DNA of 64,000 bases from Syntrophobacterales bacterium (lineage in GTDB: Bacteria > Desulfobacterota > Desulfobaccia > Desulfobaccales > 0-14-0-80-60-11): assembly GCA_023512475.1 (NCBI GenBank), contig JAILZL010000001.1, forward strand, positions 11,516-75,515. Reading direction: 5' to 3'. Below are positions 63,779-64,000 of the stretch, in pieces. Under the pieces are notes generated by a model that saw only the letters and a program-made list of their open reading frames with translations, ran no database searches and had not been told where the DNA came from. Numbering within the stretch: the first letter of the stretch is position 1; every line of letters begins with the position of its first letter. A program made the translations under genes and the position numbers.

Positions 63779-64000
63779 GTGGCGCGACCCCTTTTCCCAC
63801 TGGTGCTGGCGGTCCTGCTGACCGCCGCGGCCCTGGGGTGGGCCCAGGATCAGGACATCGTGATCAAAAAGGTGGCGGTGTTGCCCTTCCCGGTCCTGGC
63901 CAAGGAACCCCAGGAACTCTGGGGCCGCAAGGTGCGGGAGGAATTTCAGGAGCGTCTCAAGGCCGAAGGCCTGACCGTCCTCCCGCCGGAGGAGGTGGAT
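63779..64000 (+). CDS. Secreted hypothetical protein, 3' end outside window
   Basis: GTG 63779 lies 10 nt after GGGGAGG. Signal peptide PLVLAVLLTAAALGWAQD. The frame is open to the window edge. Confidence 0.45.
   Translation, partial: MARPLFPLVLAVLLTAAALGWAQDQDIVIKKVAVLPFPVLAKEPQELWGRKVREEFQERLKAEGLTVLPPEEVD

Noticed and set aside
61524-63800. 758-aa minus-strand ORF.
   Set aside because: Antisense to the lysS 3' end, lolE and lolD. Gly/His/Asp/Gln-rich shadow.

Overview
High-GC (~65%) bacterial chromosome segment from a dissimilatory sulfate reducer, densely coded on both strands. I found no rRNA, tRNA, transposase, integrase or cas genes. The core is a minus-strand block for sulfate activation and reduction: sat, a 111-aa unknown ORF, aprB, aprA, qmoA, qmoB, qmoC, then a YkgJ-type Cys-cluster protein and a CoA-binding protein (44.1-54.7 kb). 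The block has a near-consensus sigma70-type promoter and a Rex-like operator upstream of sat. Other recognisable content:
- a 5'-truncated hdrA-like gene followed by mvhD
- nifU-nifS
- an aminotransferase-hom-(2 tiny ORFs)-apgM-like operon
- an Mla/MCE-type transporter
- nadB coupled to a response-regulator diguanylate cyclase
- housekeeping genes rpoZ, radA, rsmG, pcm, msrB, trmO, cca, lysS, lolE and lolD

Most interesting observations:
1. At 40.5-42.6 kb a 20-codon Cys-rich ORF (MKIKKVAKASQGLCKCAKSC) has its own TTGACA-17-TATGTT promoter, a Shine-Dalgarno site and an intrinsic terminator. It sits directly upstream of a radical SAM/SPASM enzyme with an RRE-like segment, and a cupin follows. 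This is a candidate uncharacterised RiPP or cofactor locus, or a Cys-leader attenuator.
2. mvhD is a selenoprotein. An in-frame TGA lies at the conserved CCxxC position with a SECIS-like hairpin, and the ORF track truncates the gene.
3. A translationally coupled zinc-ribbon ORF also carries an in-frame TGA with a similar hairpin.
4. A 529-aa protein has a divergent DisA_N/DAC-like C-terminal domain.

Secondary observations: a low-GC island with a frameshifted pyruvyl transferase, a cyclase with a half-ferritin N-terminus, and a Cys/His-rich YuzD-like protein. Many long ORFs in the track are antisense shadows of real genes and were rejected. All domain calls were made by eye from motifs, with no database search.
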